A stretch of 64,000 nucleotides of DNA from Myxococcota bacterium (GCA_965223705.1 OZ245015.1:2336001-2400000), one strand, 5' to 3'; positions 39,918-49,988 are shown, counted from the first letter of the stretch. Notes: generated by a model not told the origin, from the letters alone. Translations and numbers: made by a program.

Positions 39918-41282
39918 TTAGGACTCTTCGTCCATGATCTCGTCGAGGGTCTCGTGCATCACCTGGATGACCGTGTCGATCTCGTCGCGCTCGATGATGT
40001 AGGGCGGGCAGACGGCGATCCCCGAAACACCTGCAGCCCGCGCCACAACGCCCTTCGTCAACATGCGTCGGTACAGTCGAAGCGGGAGCTTGCGGGCGGG
40101 GTCGAAGGGCTTCCTCGTCTCGCGGCTCTCCACCACGTCGATGGCGGCGATGAGACCCAGGCCCCGGACTTCGCCGACGTGCGGATGATCCGCGAACTCG
40201 GCGCGCAGCCGCGCTTGGAGATACTCGCCGGTCTCGGCCGCCCGTTCTTGCAGCGATTCGTTCTCCATGATGTCGAGGTTCGCGTGTGCTGCCGCCGTGC
40301 TGATGGGGTGGCCGCTGTAGGTTTGCCCGTGGTTGAACTGCGGGATGACGTCGCCCGCTTCCTCGATGACCGACCAGATCTTCTCGGAAACGAGGGACGC
40401 CGAGAGCGGCGCATAGCCGCTGGTCAGCCCTTTCGCGATGGTCACGAGGTCGGGTTCGATGCCGAGCGCCATGCTGCCCCACGGCTTCCCGAGGCGGCCG
40501 AATCCGCAGATGACTTCGTCGGCGATAAACAAGATGTCGTGTCGACGCAGGACTTCTTGCATGGCCGGGAAGTAGCCCTCGGGCGGAACCACGACGCCGC
40601 CGGCGCCCATCACCGGTTCTGCGATGAACGCCGCTACGGTGTCGGCGCCTTCGCGGTGGATGGTTTCTTCGAGCTCGGCCACCAATTGATTGACGAACTC
40701 CCCCTCGCTCATCCCCGGAGGCGCTTCGCGGTAGTAGTGCGGCATGCCGAGGTGCAAGAACCCCGGGAGGGGCAAGTTCATCTTCGCGTGGACCGTGGGC
40801 AGGCCCGTCAGGTTGGACGCCCCAATCGTGATCCCGTGGTAGGCCATGTGCCGGCTCAGGATCTTCGTCTTCTTCGGGCGCCCCAACAGGTTGTTGTAGA
40901 GCCACACGAACTTGATTTGGGTGTCGTTCGCATCGGACCCGGAGAGCCCGAAGAAGACCCGCGCCATCGGCCACGGCATCATCTTCTTGAGCCGATCCGC
41001 CAGCCGGATGGAGGGCTCGTTCGCCATCCCGAAGAATGTGTGGAAGAAGGCCATCTGGCGCGCCTGGTCGGCGATGGCCGACGCGATTTCCTGCCGGCCG
41101 TAACCCACGTCGACGCACCACAACCCCGCGAGGGCATCGATGTATTCGCGACCGTGGATATCGGTCACGCGAACCCCGTGCGCTCCTTTCATCACCAGCG
41201 CTCCGTGCTCCGCGATGTCTTCGAAGTTCGTGTACGGATGAAGGAGGGATTCGAGGTCCATTTCGCGAAGGTCGTCAGCCAT
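39918..41282 (-). CDS. Class III PLP-dependent (omega) aminotransferase
   Basis: GLWC, SGSDAND, YHG, FIAEP, DEVICGFGR, TIAKG, HGQTYSGHP. Confidence 0.93.
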   Translation of the reverse strand: MADDLREMDLESLLHPYTNFEDIAEHGALVMKGAHGVRVTDIHGREYIDALAGLWCVDVGYGRQEIASAIADQARQMAFFHTFFGMANEPSIRLADRLKKMMPWPMARVFFGLSGSDANDTQIKFVWLYNNLLGRPKKTKILSRHMAYHGITIGASNLTGLPTVHAKMNLPLPGFLHLGMPHYYREAPPGMSEGEFVNQLVAELEETIHREGADTVAAFIAEPVMGAGGVVVPPEGYFPAMQEVLRRHDILFIADEVICGFGRLGKPWGSMALGIEPDLVTIAKGLTSGYAPLSASLVSEKIWSVIEEAGDVIPQFNHGQTYSGHPISTAAAHANLDIMENESLQERAAETGEYLQARLRAEFADHPHVGEVRGLGLIAAIDVVESRETRKPFDPARKLPLRLYRRMLTKGVVARAAGVSGIAVCPPYIIERDEIDTVIQVMHETLDEIMDEES

Positions 41283-41310
41283 GGTGTCTCCTGGTTGCCC
41301 TGCGGCTCCG

Positions 41311-43374
41311 TTATAACGCGATCGTGATGAGAGAGCTGCCGTCGGCCTGGACTGTCAGCACGTCGCCGGGGCTCACCACCACCGTGGTGGTCGGGAACTC
41401 GACGATCGCGGGCCCCGTGAGCTTATCGCCGAAAGTGAGATCCTCGCCCCGGAAGATCTCCGTCTCGACCTCGGCGTTGACCGCCGCCATGTAAGCGACG
41501 CGACGCCCTGTCGGTACGGCCCCGGTGGCGTTCGAGCGAAGGCGACCTTGGGGCGCCTTGCGGCTTCCCGTCGCCGCGATTCGCCAGTGGATGCATTCGA
41601 TCGGTTGATCTCGCATGCAGTAGGTAAAGCGGCGCTCGTGCTCGTCGTGAAAGTCGAGTTCGAGCTGGGCGAGGAGTTCCCTTGAGATCGGCCCTTCGGG
41701 CAGGGGCACGGTCAAGTTGTGCACCTGGCCGGGATAGCGCCCCTCGACGTAGCGCGTGAAGCGGATCTCTTCGGGCTTGAACCCATCGGCTTCGAGGTGT
41801 TTCTGGCCGGTTGCGATGAGCTCGTCGAACACGCCCGTGATGTCTGCGACGGTGCTCTCCGCGTCGGAGTTGCAGTGGAACAATCGCACGTAGTCGTGCC
41901 GAACCGGCGTCACCGCCATTCCGAAGGCGCACAACCCGCCCGCGGACCGGGGGATCAGGACTTCGCCGATCTCGAGCATTCGGGCGAGCTCGGCGGCGTG
42001 GAGGCCCCCGGCACCTCCGCCGGCCACCATCACGTAATCCCGGGGATCGATGCCGCGCTCGATCGAGATCGCTCGGATGGCCGACGCCATGTTCGCGTTG
42101 ACGATGGTGATGATGCCCGCCGCCGCGTCACGCACAGACATCCCAAGGGGCTTTGCGACGCGCTCCTCGATGGCCCGCTCGGCGAGGCTCTCGTCGAGGG
42201 AGCGGCGTCCGCCCAGGAACGCCCCCGCGGCCATGCGACCGACCGCCAGGTTCGCGTCGGTCACCGCCGGCTCGCGCCCACCGCGCCCGTAGCACGCCGG
42301 GCCCGGTTGGGAGCCGGCGCTTCGCGGCCCCACGCGCAGAGACTTGCCGCTGTCGATCCAGGCGATCGAACCGCCTCCGGCGCCCACGGAAAGCACTTCG
42401 ACACCGTTCACCCCGATCGGCTGGTTTTCGACCTGAATGTCCGTCGACATCACCGGCTCGCCGTCGCGGAGCATGCAGACGTCGAAACTCGTTCCGCCCA
42501 TATCGACGATGATGAGACGATCCGGCGATTTCGTGTTGGCGGCATAGTGCGCACCGGCCGCAGGACCCGCCGCGGGACCGGAGGCCACCGCGTTCACCGG
42601 GCGGGCCAGAAGATCCGGGACCGACGCGCAGCCGCCGTTCACCTGCATGATCTGGGGCGCGTGGGGCAGCCCGCCCGCCTGCATCTCTTTTTCGAAGGCG
42701 CGTAGGTAATCGCCGATGATCGGCGCGATATAAGCGGATAGCACCGTCGCGGACGTTCTCTCCCACTCGCGAATCTCGGGTAGGACATCCGAGGAACACA
42801 GGACGTCGACTCCGGGGAGTTCTTCTCGGACGATTTCCGCTGTCCGCTGCTCGTGACGCGGATCGATGATCGACCAGAGATAAGCCACCGCTACGGCCTT
42901 CACGCCGTGTGCTCCGAAATACCGCGCCGCTTCTCGCACCGCGTTTTCGTCGAGGGGCTCGACCTCCGTGCCGTCGGCACCGATTCGTTCAGGAATGCCC
43001 AGCCGCAGATACCGCGGAACGAAATCTTCGGGCTTCTTCAGGTGGATGTTGAAACGTTCGGGCTTCCCACCGCGACCGAGGTAGGTGATATCCCGGAACC
43101 CCTTCGTCGCGAGCAGACCGATCACCGGACCGTTGCGCTGGATGAGCGCGTTCGTCGCCATCGTCTGGCCGTGGACGAGGAACTCGGTGTCGCGAAGGAG
43201 CTCCGAGACGTTCGTCCCCGCCTGATCGGCGAGGCCGGCCAACCCTCGTGTAATGGCGAGGAGCGGTTCGTCCGGCGTCGAGTCCTCCTTGTAGACGTGA
43301 AACTCGCCGTCGTCCCGCAGGAGTACGAGATCGGTAAACGTGCCCCCGATATCGATGCCGACGCGGTGTCCCAT
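41311..43374 (-). CDS. Hydantoinase/oxoprolinase A subunit
   Basis: DIGGTFTD, HGQTMATN, SGPAAG, DMGGTSFD, GAGGGS. Confidence 0.93.
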   Translation of the reverse strand: MGHRVGIDIGGTFTDLVLLRDDGEFHVYKEDSTPDEPLLAITRGLAGLADQAGTNVSELLRDTEFLVHGQTMATNALIQRNGPVIGLLATKGFRDITYLGRGGKPERFNIHLKKPEDFVPRYLRLGIPERIGADGTEVEPLDENAVREAARYFGAHGVKAVAVAYLWSIIDPRHEQRTAEIVREELPGVDVLCSSDVLPEIREWERTSATVLSAYIAPIIGDYLRAFEKEMQAGGLPHAPQIMQVNGGCASVPDLLARPVNAVASGPAAGPAAGAHYAANTKSPDRLIIVDMGGTSFDVCMLRDGEPVMSTDIQVENQPIGVNGVEVLSVGAGGGSIAWIDSGKSLRVGPRSAGSQPGPACYGRGGREPAVTDANLAVGRMAAGAFLGGRRSLDESLAERAIEERVAKPLGMSVRDAAAGIITIVNANMASAIRAISIERGIDPRDYVMVAGGGAGGLHAAELARMLEIGEVLIPRSAGGLCAFGMAVTPVRHDYVRLFHCNSDAESTVADITGVFDELIATGQKHLEADGFKPEEIRFTRYVEGRYPGQVHNLTVPLPEGPISRELLAQLELDFHDEHERRFTYCMRDQPIECIHWRIAATGSRKAPQGRLRSNATGAVPTGRRVAYMAAVNAEVETEIFRGEDLTFGDKLTGPAIVEFPTTTVVVSPGDVLTVQADGSSLITIAL

Positions 43375-43376
43375 GA

Positions 43377-45275
43377 CTACGCCTCGGTCTCGTCGAAGTC
43401 CCGCGCCGTCGGGGCCTCGATGTAGCGATCGCGCGGACCCATGTTGCGCGCCGTCCAGGTCCCCGCCGCCGGTGCGGTGGGCTCGATCATCGGTCTCGGG
43501 TTCGCGCGCAGCTCGGCGCGGCGGGCCGCGGTCGCCGTCTCGTCGACGGTGCGCTCGAGATCGTCCCGGACGACGACACCGTACACGTCGCGCGCGGTCT
43601 CCTCGCTGATCCACTCGTCGCGGAGATCGCGTCGCACCTGCTCGGCCTCGCGGTCGAGGGGGTTCCCCCAGCCGCCGCCACCCGAAGAAACGCCTTCCCA
43701 GAACTCACCTTCTCGAATCGGCACCTGACCCGCGGAAGACGTAAACGTCCGGCTGCCGTCCGCGTGCTCGATGAAGATTCCGCCGCCGGGGCTCATCGTG
43801 CCGCCATTCACGCCGTGGGGCGGGTTCTTCAGCCCCTCGCCGAACCCGTGCCATTCCATCCCGCCGGCGATGGGCCGATAACGCGTGCGGAGACCGGGGC
43901 CGCCGATCCACTGGCCGGCGCCCATGGCGTCGGTCTCGATCTCGTTTTGCTCGACCCGGATGGGATAGAGCAACTCGATCTCTTCAATCGCCGCCGAGGT
44001 CAGTCCGCCCATCCCCGCGATCGTGCAGAACACCGGCCAACCGTCCGCGTCCTTCGCAGCTCCCGAGCCGCCACCGCTGTTGAAGAGCATGCAACCCCAT
44101 TCCTCGCCCGTTCTCGAATCGACGCCGTTGAAGTTCGGGATGTGCGATGTGTGAGCCCCGCCCGCCGGGACCCGGTCGGGAATGGCCTCGGCCATGGCGA
44201 TGTTGATGACCTCATGCATGGGGTCCGCCGGGTTCTGCGTGGCGCCGCCGACCGCTGCGGGCCATTTCGCGCGACAGATCGTCCCTTCATCTGCATCCGC
44301 GGTAATGTGCTTTAAAACCCCGTGATTGTGGGGAATATCCGAGTCGATGTAGTACAAGAACGGAATCGTCGACGTCGCCATCATCACCGCGTAGGTCGCG
44401 TTGAAGGAACCGGTTGACGGCGGTCCGCCGGTGTAGTGCACGTGAATGTCGGCGCCCTTCTTGGTGATGGTCGCCCGGATCGGAATGTCCGTAGCGCCGT
44501 TCCCGTCGGTGTCGGTCCAGGTCTCCCCCTCGAACACGCCGTCGGGAATTTTCATGAACTCTTCGGTGGCGCGCTGATCGGCGTAGTCCATCAGCCCGTC
44601 GCTGTAGCGGACGACCTCGTCGCGCCCGTACTGCTCGCACAGTTCCATCAACCCCTTCCGGGCGACCCCGCACGCGCCGAGCTGCGCGCGCAAGTCGCCA
44701 TTCAACGCGTCGCGGTAGCGCACGTTCGAGAGGTAGAGCTCGATGATGTCGTGCCGCTCGACGCCGCGGTCGACGAGCTTCGTCGGCGGAATGACGATGC
44801 CTTCCTGGAAGATGGTCTTGGCGGAGGGCACGATGCTCGACGCCTCGATGGCACCCGTGTCGAGCTGGTGACCGCGCGCCACCGTCCAAAAGACCTGACG
44901 ACCGTCGACAAAGACCGGCTGCGCCGTCACGAGATCCGGAACGTGGGTGTTCCCGCGATACGGATCATTGGACATGTAGACGTCGCCGTCGTGGATGTCG
45001 TCGCCGAACACCTTGACGATCTCCATCAGCAGCGTGCGGATGCTGTTGCAGTGAATGGGCAGACAGTCCGCCATCGTCACCTGCCGCGGACCGCTTTCGT
45101 GTGCGTCGTAGATCATGCACGAGTAGTCGCGTGCGAGAGCGATCACCGATGTCCAGGCCGTCTGTTCCATCGCCAGGGTCATTTCCTGGCCGATCGCTTC
45201 GAAGCGATTCCGGATCACGCTGAAGGTGATGGGGTCAAAATCCTTCGTGATGTCGGTCTGTACGGCGGTGGCCAC
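43377..45275 (-). CDS. Hydantoinase B/oxoprolinase catalytic subunit
   Basis: DYS, PIH, NDPYRGNTHVPD, GHQLD, GGGGWGNP. Confidence 0.92.
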   Translation of the reverse strand: MATAVQTDITKDFDPITFSVIRNRFEAIGQEMTLAMEQTAWTSVIALARDYSCMIYDAHESGPRQVTMADCLPIHCNSIRTLLMEIVKVFGDDIHDGDVYMSNDPYRGNTHVPDLVTAQPVFVDGRQVFWTVARGHQLDTGAIEASSIVPSAKTIFQEGIVIPPTKLVDRGVERHDIIELYLSNVRYRDALNGDLRAQLGACGVARKGLMELCEQYGRDEVVRYSDGLMDYADQRATEEFMKIPDGVFEGETWTDTDGNGATDIPIRATITKKGADIHVHYTGGPPSTGSFNATYAVMMATSTIPFLYYIDSDIPHNHGVLKHITADADEGTICRAKWPAAVGGATQNPADPMHEVINIAMAEAIPDRVPAGGAHTSHIPNFNGVDSRTGEEWGCMLFNSGGGSGAAKDADGWPVFCTIAGMGGLTSAAIEEIELLYPIRVEQNEIETDAMGAGQWIGGPGLRTRYRPIAGGMEWHGFGEGLKNPPHGVNGGTMSPGGGIFIEHADGSRTFTSSAGQVPIREGEFWEGVSSGGGGWGNPLDREAEQVRRDLRDEWISEETARDVYGVVVRDDLERTVDETATAARRAELRANPRPMIEPTAPAAGTWTARNMGPRDRYIEAPTARDFDETEA

Positions 45276-45344
45276 GGCGGTACCTCCATGGGAAGGCCCG
45301 ACACTGGGCCTGGTTCGGATTCTCCGTCTCTCGGTCGAGCAAAG

Positions 45345-46568
45345 TCAATGGGCGGTTGGTTCTCCCGCATCGAGGCGGCGATGCGCAGTCGAGAAGCTCC
45401 ACGCGGCACCGAAAACGAGAAGTGCCGGCACCGTCAGCTGCCACGCGAGCGATGCCGGAAGGCAGGCCAACGCGCCGAGTAACGCCAAGATCGAGCAGCC
45501 GAGTATCGCCACGCCGGAACAGCCCGCGAGTGCGCTTCCCACGGCCAGCGCGAGCATGTGCAACGCGTATCGCCCCACTCCGGTCGGCTCGAAGATTCTC
45601 CCGGGTAGCCAGACTTCAATGGACGGAAAGAGCATCGGAACGTATTGCAGCATCGCTGCGACGGCGTCCATGGAGCACGCGAGAAGAATCGAGAAGAGCA
45701 CCCAGTGACGCCAGCCGGGCGCGCCCGCCTGTTCGTGGACCCCAAATGCGAGGAGCCCGTACACCGCCGCCGTATACCAGGCCGTCATGTTCCCGAAATG
45801 GTCGAGATCGGTGAGGTGAGCGAAGTAACCGAGCGTCGCCATGAGCTGGGCCATCCATGCGGCGGTGATCAGCGGGCCGAGGTACAGCATCCGGCTCGGG
45901 CGAGGCAGCGCTGCGCGCCAGCCCAAGCGATCGGACCGGGATCCTGTCGAGATGACGGCGCCCAGGATGAGAAACATCCCGAGGAGCTCCGTGCCCTCCT
46001 CCACGCCCGCGCGAATTCCGGTCAACCAAGTCGGCCACCGGGTCGAATGTTCGAGAACTTCTTGCAACGCGACGCTGCCGAACAATGCGAATCCAGCGGA
46101 GAGCCAGAGGAGGGGCTTCTTTCGCGTCCCTTGCTTCCAGGCGAGCCCGATGGCGTAACCGAGCAGCAGAACACCCACGATGCCAAGAGGGATCTGGGCC
46201 GCTGGCGCCACGAGGCCGATTCGCTCGTGAACCGAGGCGATTTCGTCGCAGGAGAGCCCGACCAAGATCAGAGCGAGGACGAAAGCCGAAGGCTTCGGTA
46301 GGTCACCGCTTCCATCGACCTGCTGGTAAGCGAGCAGACCGGCTGTAAAGAGGAGCAGACCCGACCACCAGGCCGCGATGTTGTGTTCCCGGGCCAGGCT
46401 GAGAGGTTCGAGGATCGGCCAGCCCGCACCGTTTTCGGTGTAGAAGAGCGGAATCGGGAGCTCGGGCAAGTGGAAGTTCACAGCCGTGAGAGCGACGAGC
46501 GTCGCACTCACGCAACCGACGAGGCGACTCCAGGGAACTCCCGCCGTCTCCCCCGAGGCGGTCGTCAA
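45345..46568 (-). CDS. Multi-pass membrane protein of unknown function
   Basis: About 11-12 hydrophobic segments; LSCDE...HE and EEGTE motifs; TTG overlaps the upstream TGA. Confidence 0.65.
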   Translation of the reverse strand: MTTASGETAGVPWSRLVGCVSATLVALTAVNFHLPELPIPLFYTENGAGWPILEPLSLAREHNIAAWWSGLLLFTAGLLAYQQVDGSGDLPKPSAFVLALILVGLSCDEIASVHERIGLVAPAAQIPLGIVGVLLLGYAIGLAWKQGTRKKPLLWLSAGFALFGSVALQEVLEHSTRWPTWLTGIRAGVEEGTELLGMFLILGAVISTGSRSDRLGWRAALPRPSRMLYLGPLITAAWMAQLMATLGYFAHLTDLDHFGNMTAWYTAAVYGLLAFGVHEQAGAPGWRHWVLFSILLACSMDAVAAMLQYVPMLFPSIEVWLPGRIFEPTGVGRYALHMLALAVGSALAGCSGVAILGCSILALLGALACLPASLAWQLTVPALLVFGAAWSFSTAHRRLDAGEPTAH

Positions 46569-47134
46569 GCACCCCGCCCCAGCGTGTAGAACTCGGGATT
46601 CGGTTTGAGATCGATCAGGTGCGCCATGCGGTTCGAGAGAGCGAAAAAAGCGGTGATCGCACCGATATCCCAAACATCCTCGCGGTCGAGTCCGTGCACT
46701 TCGAGAGCTTCGTAGTCCGCTTCGTTCACTTCTTCTGCGCGCGTCGCCACCTTGAGCGCGAAATCGAGGATCGCCCGTTGGCGCGGCTCGAGATCGGCGG
46801 AGCGGTAGTTGACCGCGACCTGGTCCGAGATCAACGGGTCCTTCGCCCGGATTCGCAGGATCGCACCGTGGGCGACGACGCAGTAAGGGCACTGATTGAC
46901 CGCGCTCGTAGCGACGACGATCATTTCTTTCTCGGCCTTGGTGAGGTTCCCTTTCCGCTCGAGGATCGCGTCGTGGTAGTTGAAAAACGCGCGAAATTCG
47001 TCCGGGCGGTGGGCCAAGCCGAGAAAGATATTCGGCACGAACCCCGAGCGCTCCTGCACCTTCTGGATCATCTCGCGGATATCGTCCGGTAGCTCGCTCA
47101 GTTCGGGGATCGGGAAGCGGGAAATGTCGGTCAT
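46565..47134 (-). CDS. Peroxidase-related AhpD-family protein (CxxC form)
   Basis: GFVPNIF, EKEMIVVATS, NQCPYCVVAH, PNPEFY. Confidence 0.92.
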   Translation of the reverse strand: MTDISRFPIPELSELPDDIREMIQKVQERSGFVPNIFLGLAHRPDEFRAFFNYHDAILERKGNLTKAEKEMIVVATSAVNQCPYCVVAHGAILRIRAKDPLISDQVAVNYRSADLEPRQRAILDFALKVATRAEEVNEADYEALEVHGLDREDVWDIGAITAFFALSNRMAHLIDLKPNPEFYTLGRGA

Positions 47135-47251
47135 GGGGACTCCTCGTACAGGCAAGGTATCGCGTCCTCCGGAGGAGGCCCTGTCGGGGCTTTGCGGTAC
47201 CCTGGGGGAGTAGCCGTCAGGGCGGCTCGGGAGGCGAGGAGGAGACACGCG

Positions 47252-48874
47252 ATGGGTGTAGAAGCAAAAACAGACTATGAGGCGATCGTCATCGGCGCCG
47301 GCGTCGCCGGGATCTATCAGATCAAACGGCTGACCGACATGGGAATCGACGCAACGGTACTCGATTCCGCAGGTGACCTCGGCGGGACCTGGTACTGGAA
47401 CCGCTACCCCGGCGCGCGGTTCGACTCCGAGAGTTACACCTACGGCTACTCCTTCTCGCGCGAACTCCTCGACGAGTGGCACTGGAAGGAGCGCTTCTCC
47501 GGGCAGCCCGAGAATCTCCGCTACCTGAATTTCGTCGCCGACAAGTTCGACTTGCGCAAGTACATGCAGTTCAACTGTCAGGTCGAGTCCGCTCACTTCG
47601 ATGAAGAGCGAAATCGCTGGCGACTCCGGATTTCGGATGGGCGCACCCTGACCTGCCGGTTCGTCATCATGGCTGTCGGACTCCTCTCGGCGCCCACCCC
47701 GCCTCGTATCGAGGGCATGGAGACGTTCCAAGGGGAGTCCTTCCACACCTTCTACTGGCCCCATGAGCCCGTCGAGATGGCGGGCAAGAAGGTCGCGGTG
47801 ATCGGCACCGGGGCGACCGGGATTCAAGTGATCGGCGAAATCGCGGACAAAGTCGGCGAACTCGTCGTCTTCCAGCGCCGTCCCAATTGGAGCGCACCAC
47901 TCAACAACGGGCCGATCTCGGAAGAAGAGATGGACGAGATCCGCGCGCGCTACGACGAGATCTTTGCCACCTGCGCGCGGACGCCCGGGGGGTTCGAGCA
48001 CGAACCGGATCGCCGGGGCTTCTACGAGGTGACCCCCGAGGAGCGGCGAGCGCTCTGGGACCGACTCTACGACGAGCCCGGATTCGGCATCTGGTTGCAG
48101 AACTTCCGCGAGATCTTCACCGAAGAAGAAGCGAACGAGGAAATCTCGGAGTACATCGCCGAGCGCATCCGCGAGCGCGTCCACGATCCCGAGACCGCCG
48201 AGAAGCTCATCCCGCGAGACCACGGTTTCGGTGTCCAGCGCGTGCCCCTCGAAACGAATTACTTCGAGGCCTACAACCGCGACAACGTCTCTCTGGTCGA
48301 CATCAGTGAGACTCCGATCGAGGCGATCACCGAGACGGGTCTGCGCACCAGCGAACGCGAGTTCGATTTCGACATCATCGTGTACGCGACGGGCTTCGAC
48401 GCGATTACGGGCTCCTTCGATCGCATCGATATTCGCGGCACCGGGGGGCGAAAACTACGCGATGTGTGGAAAGATGGCCCTACGACCTACCTCGGCATGA
48501 TGATCCACGGTTTTCCGAACCTGTTGATGCCCTCCGGGCCGCAGAGCGGCTCCGCCTCCACGAACTATCCGCGTGGCATCGAGACCGGCGTCAATTGGTG
48601 TACGGAACTGTTCGCCTACATGTGGGAGAACGGGCTCGTACGCGCCGAGGCCGAACTCGACGCGGAGCAGAACTGGACGGCTCACGTGACGAAGATGTAC
48701 TCGACCATGCTCATGCGGAAAGCGAAGTCTTGGTTCACCGGATACAACTCGAACGTCGAAGGCCACGAGGAAGGGACGATTCGCTACCTCGTCTACAACG
48801 GCGGAACGCCCAAGTACGTCCGCCGCATCAACGAAGTCGTCGAGCGCGGCTATGAGGGCATTCGTCTGGACTAG
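47252..48874 (+). CDS. Baeyer-Villiger monooxygenase (type I)
   Basis: GAGVAG, GGTWYWNRYPG, FQGESFHTFYWP, GTGATG, ATGFD. Confidence 0.93.
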   Translation: MGVEAKTDYEAIVIGAGVAGIYQIKRLTDMGIDATVLDSAGDLGGTWYWNRYPGARFDSESYTYGYSFSRELLDEWHWKERFSGQPENLRYLNFVADKFDLRKYMQFNCQVESAHFDEERNRWRLRISDGRTLTCRFVIMAVGLLSAPTPPRIEGMETFQGESFHTFYWPHEPVEMAGKKVAVIGTGATGIQVIGEIADKVGELVVFQRRPNWSAPLNNGPISEEEMDEIRARYDEIFATCARTPGGFEHEPDRRGFYEVTPEERRALWDRLYDEPGFGIWLQNFREIFTEEEANEEISEYIAERIRERVHDPETAEKLIPRDHGFGVQRVPLETNYFEAYNRDNVSLVDISETPIEAITETGLRTSEREFDFDIIVYATGFDAITGSFDRIDIRGTGGRKLRDVWKDGPTTYLGMMIHGFPNLLMPSGPQSGSASTNYPRGIETGVNWCTELFAYMWENGLVRAEAELDAEQNWTAHVTKMYSTMLMRKAKSWFTGYNSNVEGHEEGTIRYLVYNGGTPKYVRRINEVVERGYEGIRLD

Positions 48875-48891
48875 GGTGCGCCCTCGCCCGC

Positions 48892-49350
48892 TCAGGCTTT
48901 GGGTTCGAGGACCACCACCGGGATCTGTCGAGGGTCTGCCGCTTTCTGGTACTCCGCGAACGGCGGATACATATCCACCATCTGCGCCCAGACCTTCTCG
49001 CGCTCGGCTCCTGCAAGCTCGCGCGTGGTGGCCGGGAACTCGTCGTTCGCGACCTTCACCTTGACTTCGTCCTGGGCGTTCAGGTTGTGATACCAGCCCG
49101 GATGCTTCGGGTGACCACCCTTCGAAGCGATGATCGCGTAGCCGGTGCCCGTCTTGCCGTAGAGCAGGGGCATGATGCTCTCCTTGCCGGACTTCCGGCC
49201 CTTCGTGAACAAGAGGAGCGTCGGCAGCGGGCCGGGGCCTCCCCCTACGGTCGAATCCCACAGGTGAGCCGCCTCACCATCTTCAAGGTAAAGCTTGCGG
49301 TGCTTGGCAATCCAACCGGTTTCACTGGCTTCTACGATGGGGTCACTCAT
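48892..49350 (-). CDS. Deazaflavin (F420)-dependent nitroreductase-family protein (Ddn/FDOR-A-like)
   Basis: GRKSG, ASKGG, HPGWYHNL, YQ...RQIPVVVL. Confidence 0.88.
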   Translation of the reverse strand: MSDPIVEASETGWIAKHRKLYLEDGEAAHLWDSTVGGGPGPLPTLLLFTKGRKSGKESIMPLLYGKTGTGYAIIASKGGHPKHPGWYHNLNAQDEVKVKVANDEFPATTRELAGAEREKVWAQMVDMYPPFAEYQKAADPRQIPVVVLEPKA

Positions 49351-49466
49351 CGGATCGGGCTCCTCTTCGGGCTTGCTCGGGTTTGTGGCGAGCCGATGCT
49401 ACGTCAGCGAGGCTCCCGGATCCATCGTGGCTTTCCCGCGTCGACCCGGATGATATGGTCCCCGCT

Positions 49467-49961
49467 ATGAGTGCAACCGACGACCTTGTTAAGAACAATG
49501 ACGACTACGCGAGCCGTTTCTCGAAAGGCGACTTGCAGTCTCCGCCTGCAAAGCACGTCGCCGTCGTTGCTTGCATGGATGCACGGCTCGATGTGGCGGC
49601 CCTGCTCGGGCTCACCGAGGGCGACGCCCACGTCATCCGGAACGCGGGAGGTGTCGTGACGGACGACGTGATCCGCTCCCTGGTGATTTCTCAAAGACTC
49701 TTGGGAACCCGAGAGATCGTGCTGATCCACCACACCGACTGCGGAATGATGAGTTTCAGAGACGACGACCTCAAGGCGAGCATCGAAGCGGAGACCGGCA
49801 TCCGCCCCGCGTTCGCTATGGAGGCGTTCGGCGATCTCGAGGGCGATGTCCGGCAATCGATAGCGCGGATCAAAGCGAGCCCCTTCATCCCGACGAAGGA
49901 CGCGATTCGCGGCTTCGTCTATCAGGTCGAGACGGGATCGCTGCGCGAGGTCGCCGCGTAA
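49467..49961 (+). CDS. Beta-class carbonic anhydrase, clade D (COS hydrolase-like)
   Basis: CMDAR, RNAGG, HHTDCG zinc ligands; 164 aa. Confidence 0.9.
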   Translation: MSATDDLVKNNDDYASRFSKGDLQSPPAKHVAVVACMDARLDVAALLGLTEGDAHVIRNAGGVVTDDVIRSLVISQRLLGTREIVLIHHTDCGMMSFRDDDLKASIEAETGIRPAFAMEAFGDLEGDVRQSIARIKASPFIPTKDAIRGFVYQVETGSLREVAA

Positions 49962-49988
49962 CCGCTCCAGGGCGACGATCGCAACCGC

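Noticed and set aside
39594..41327. 577-aa + strand ORF
   Set aside because: Antisense shadow of the aminotransferase
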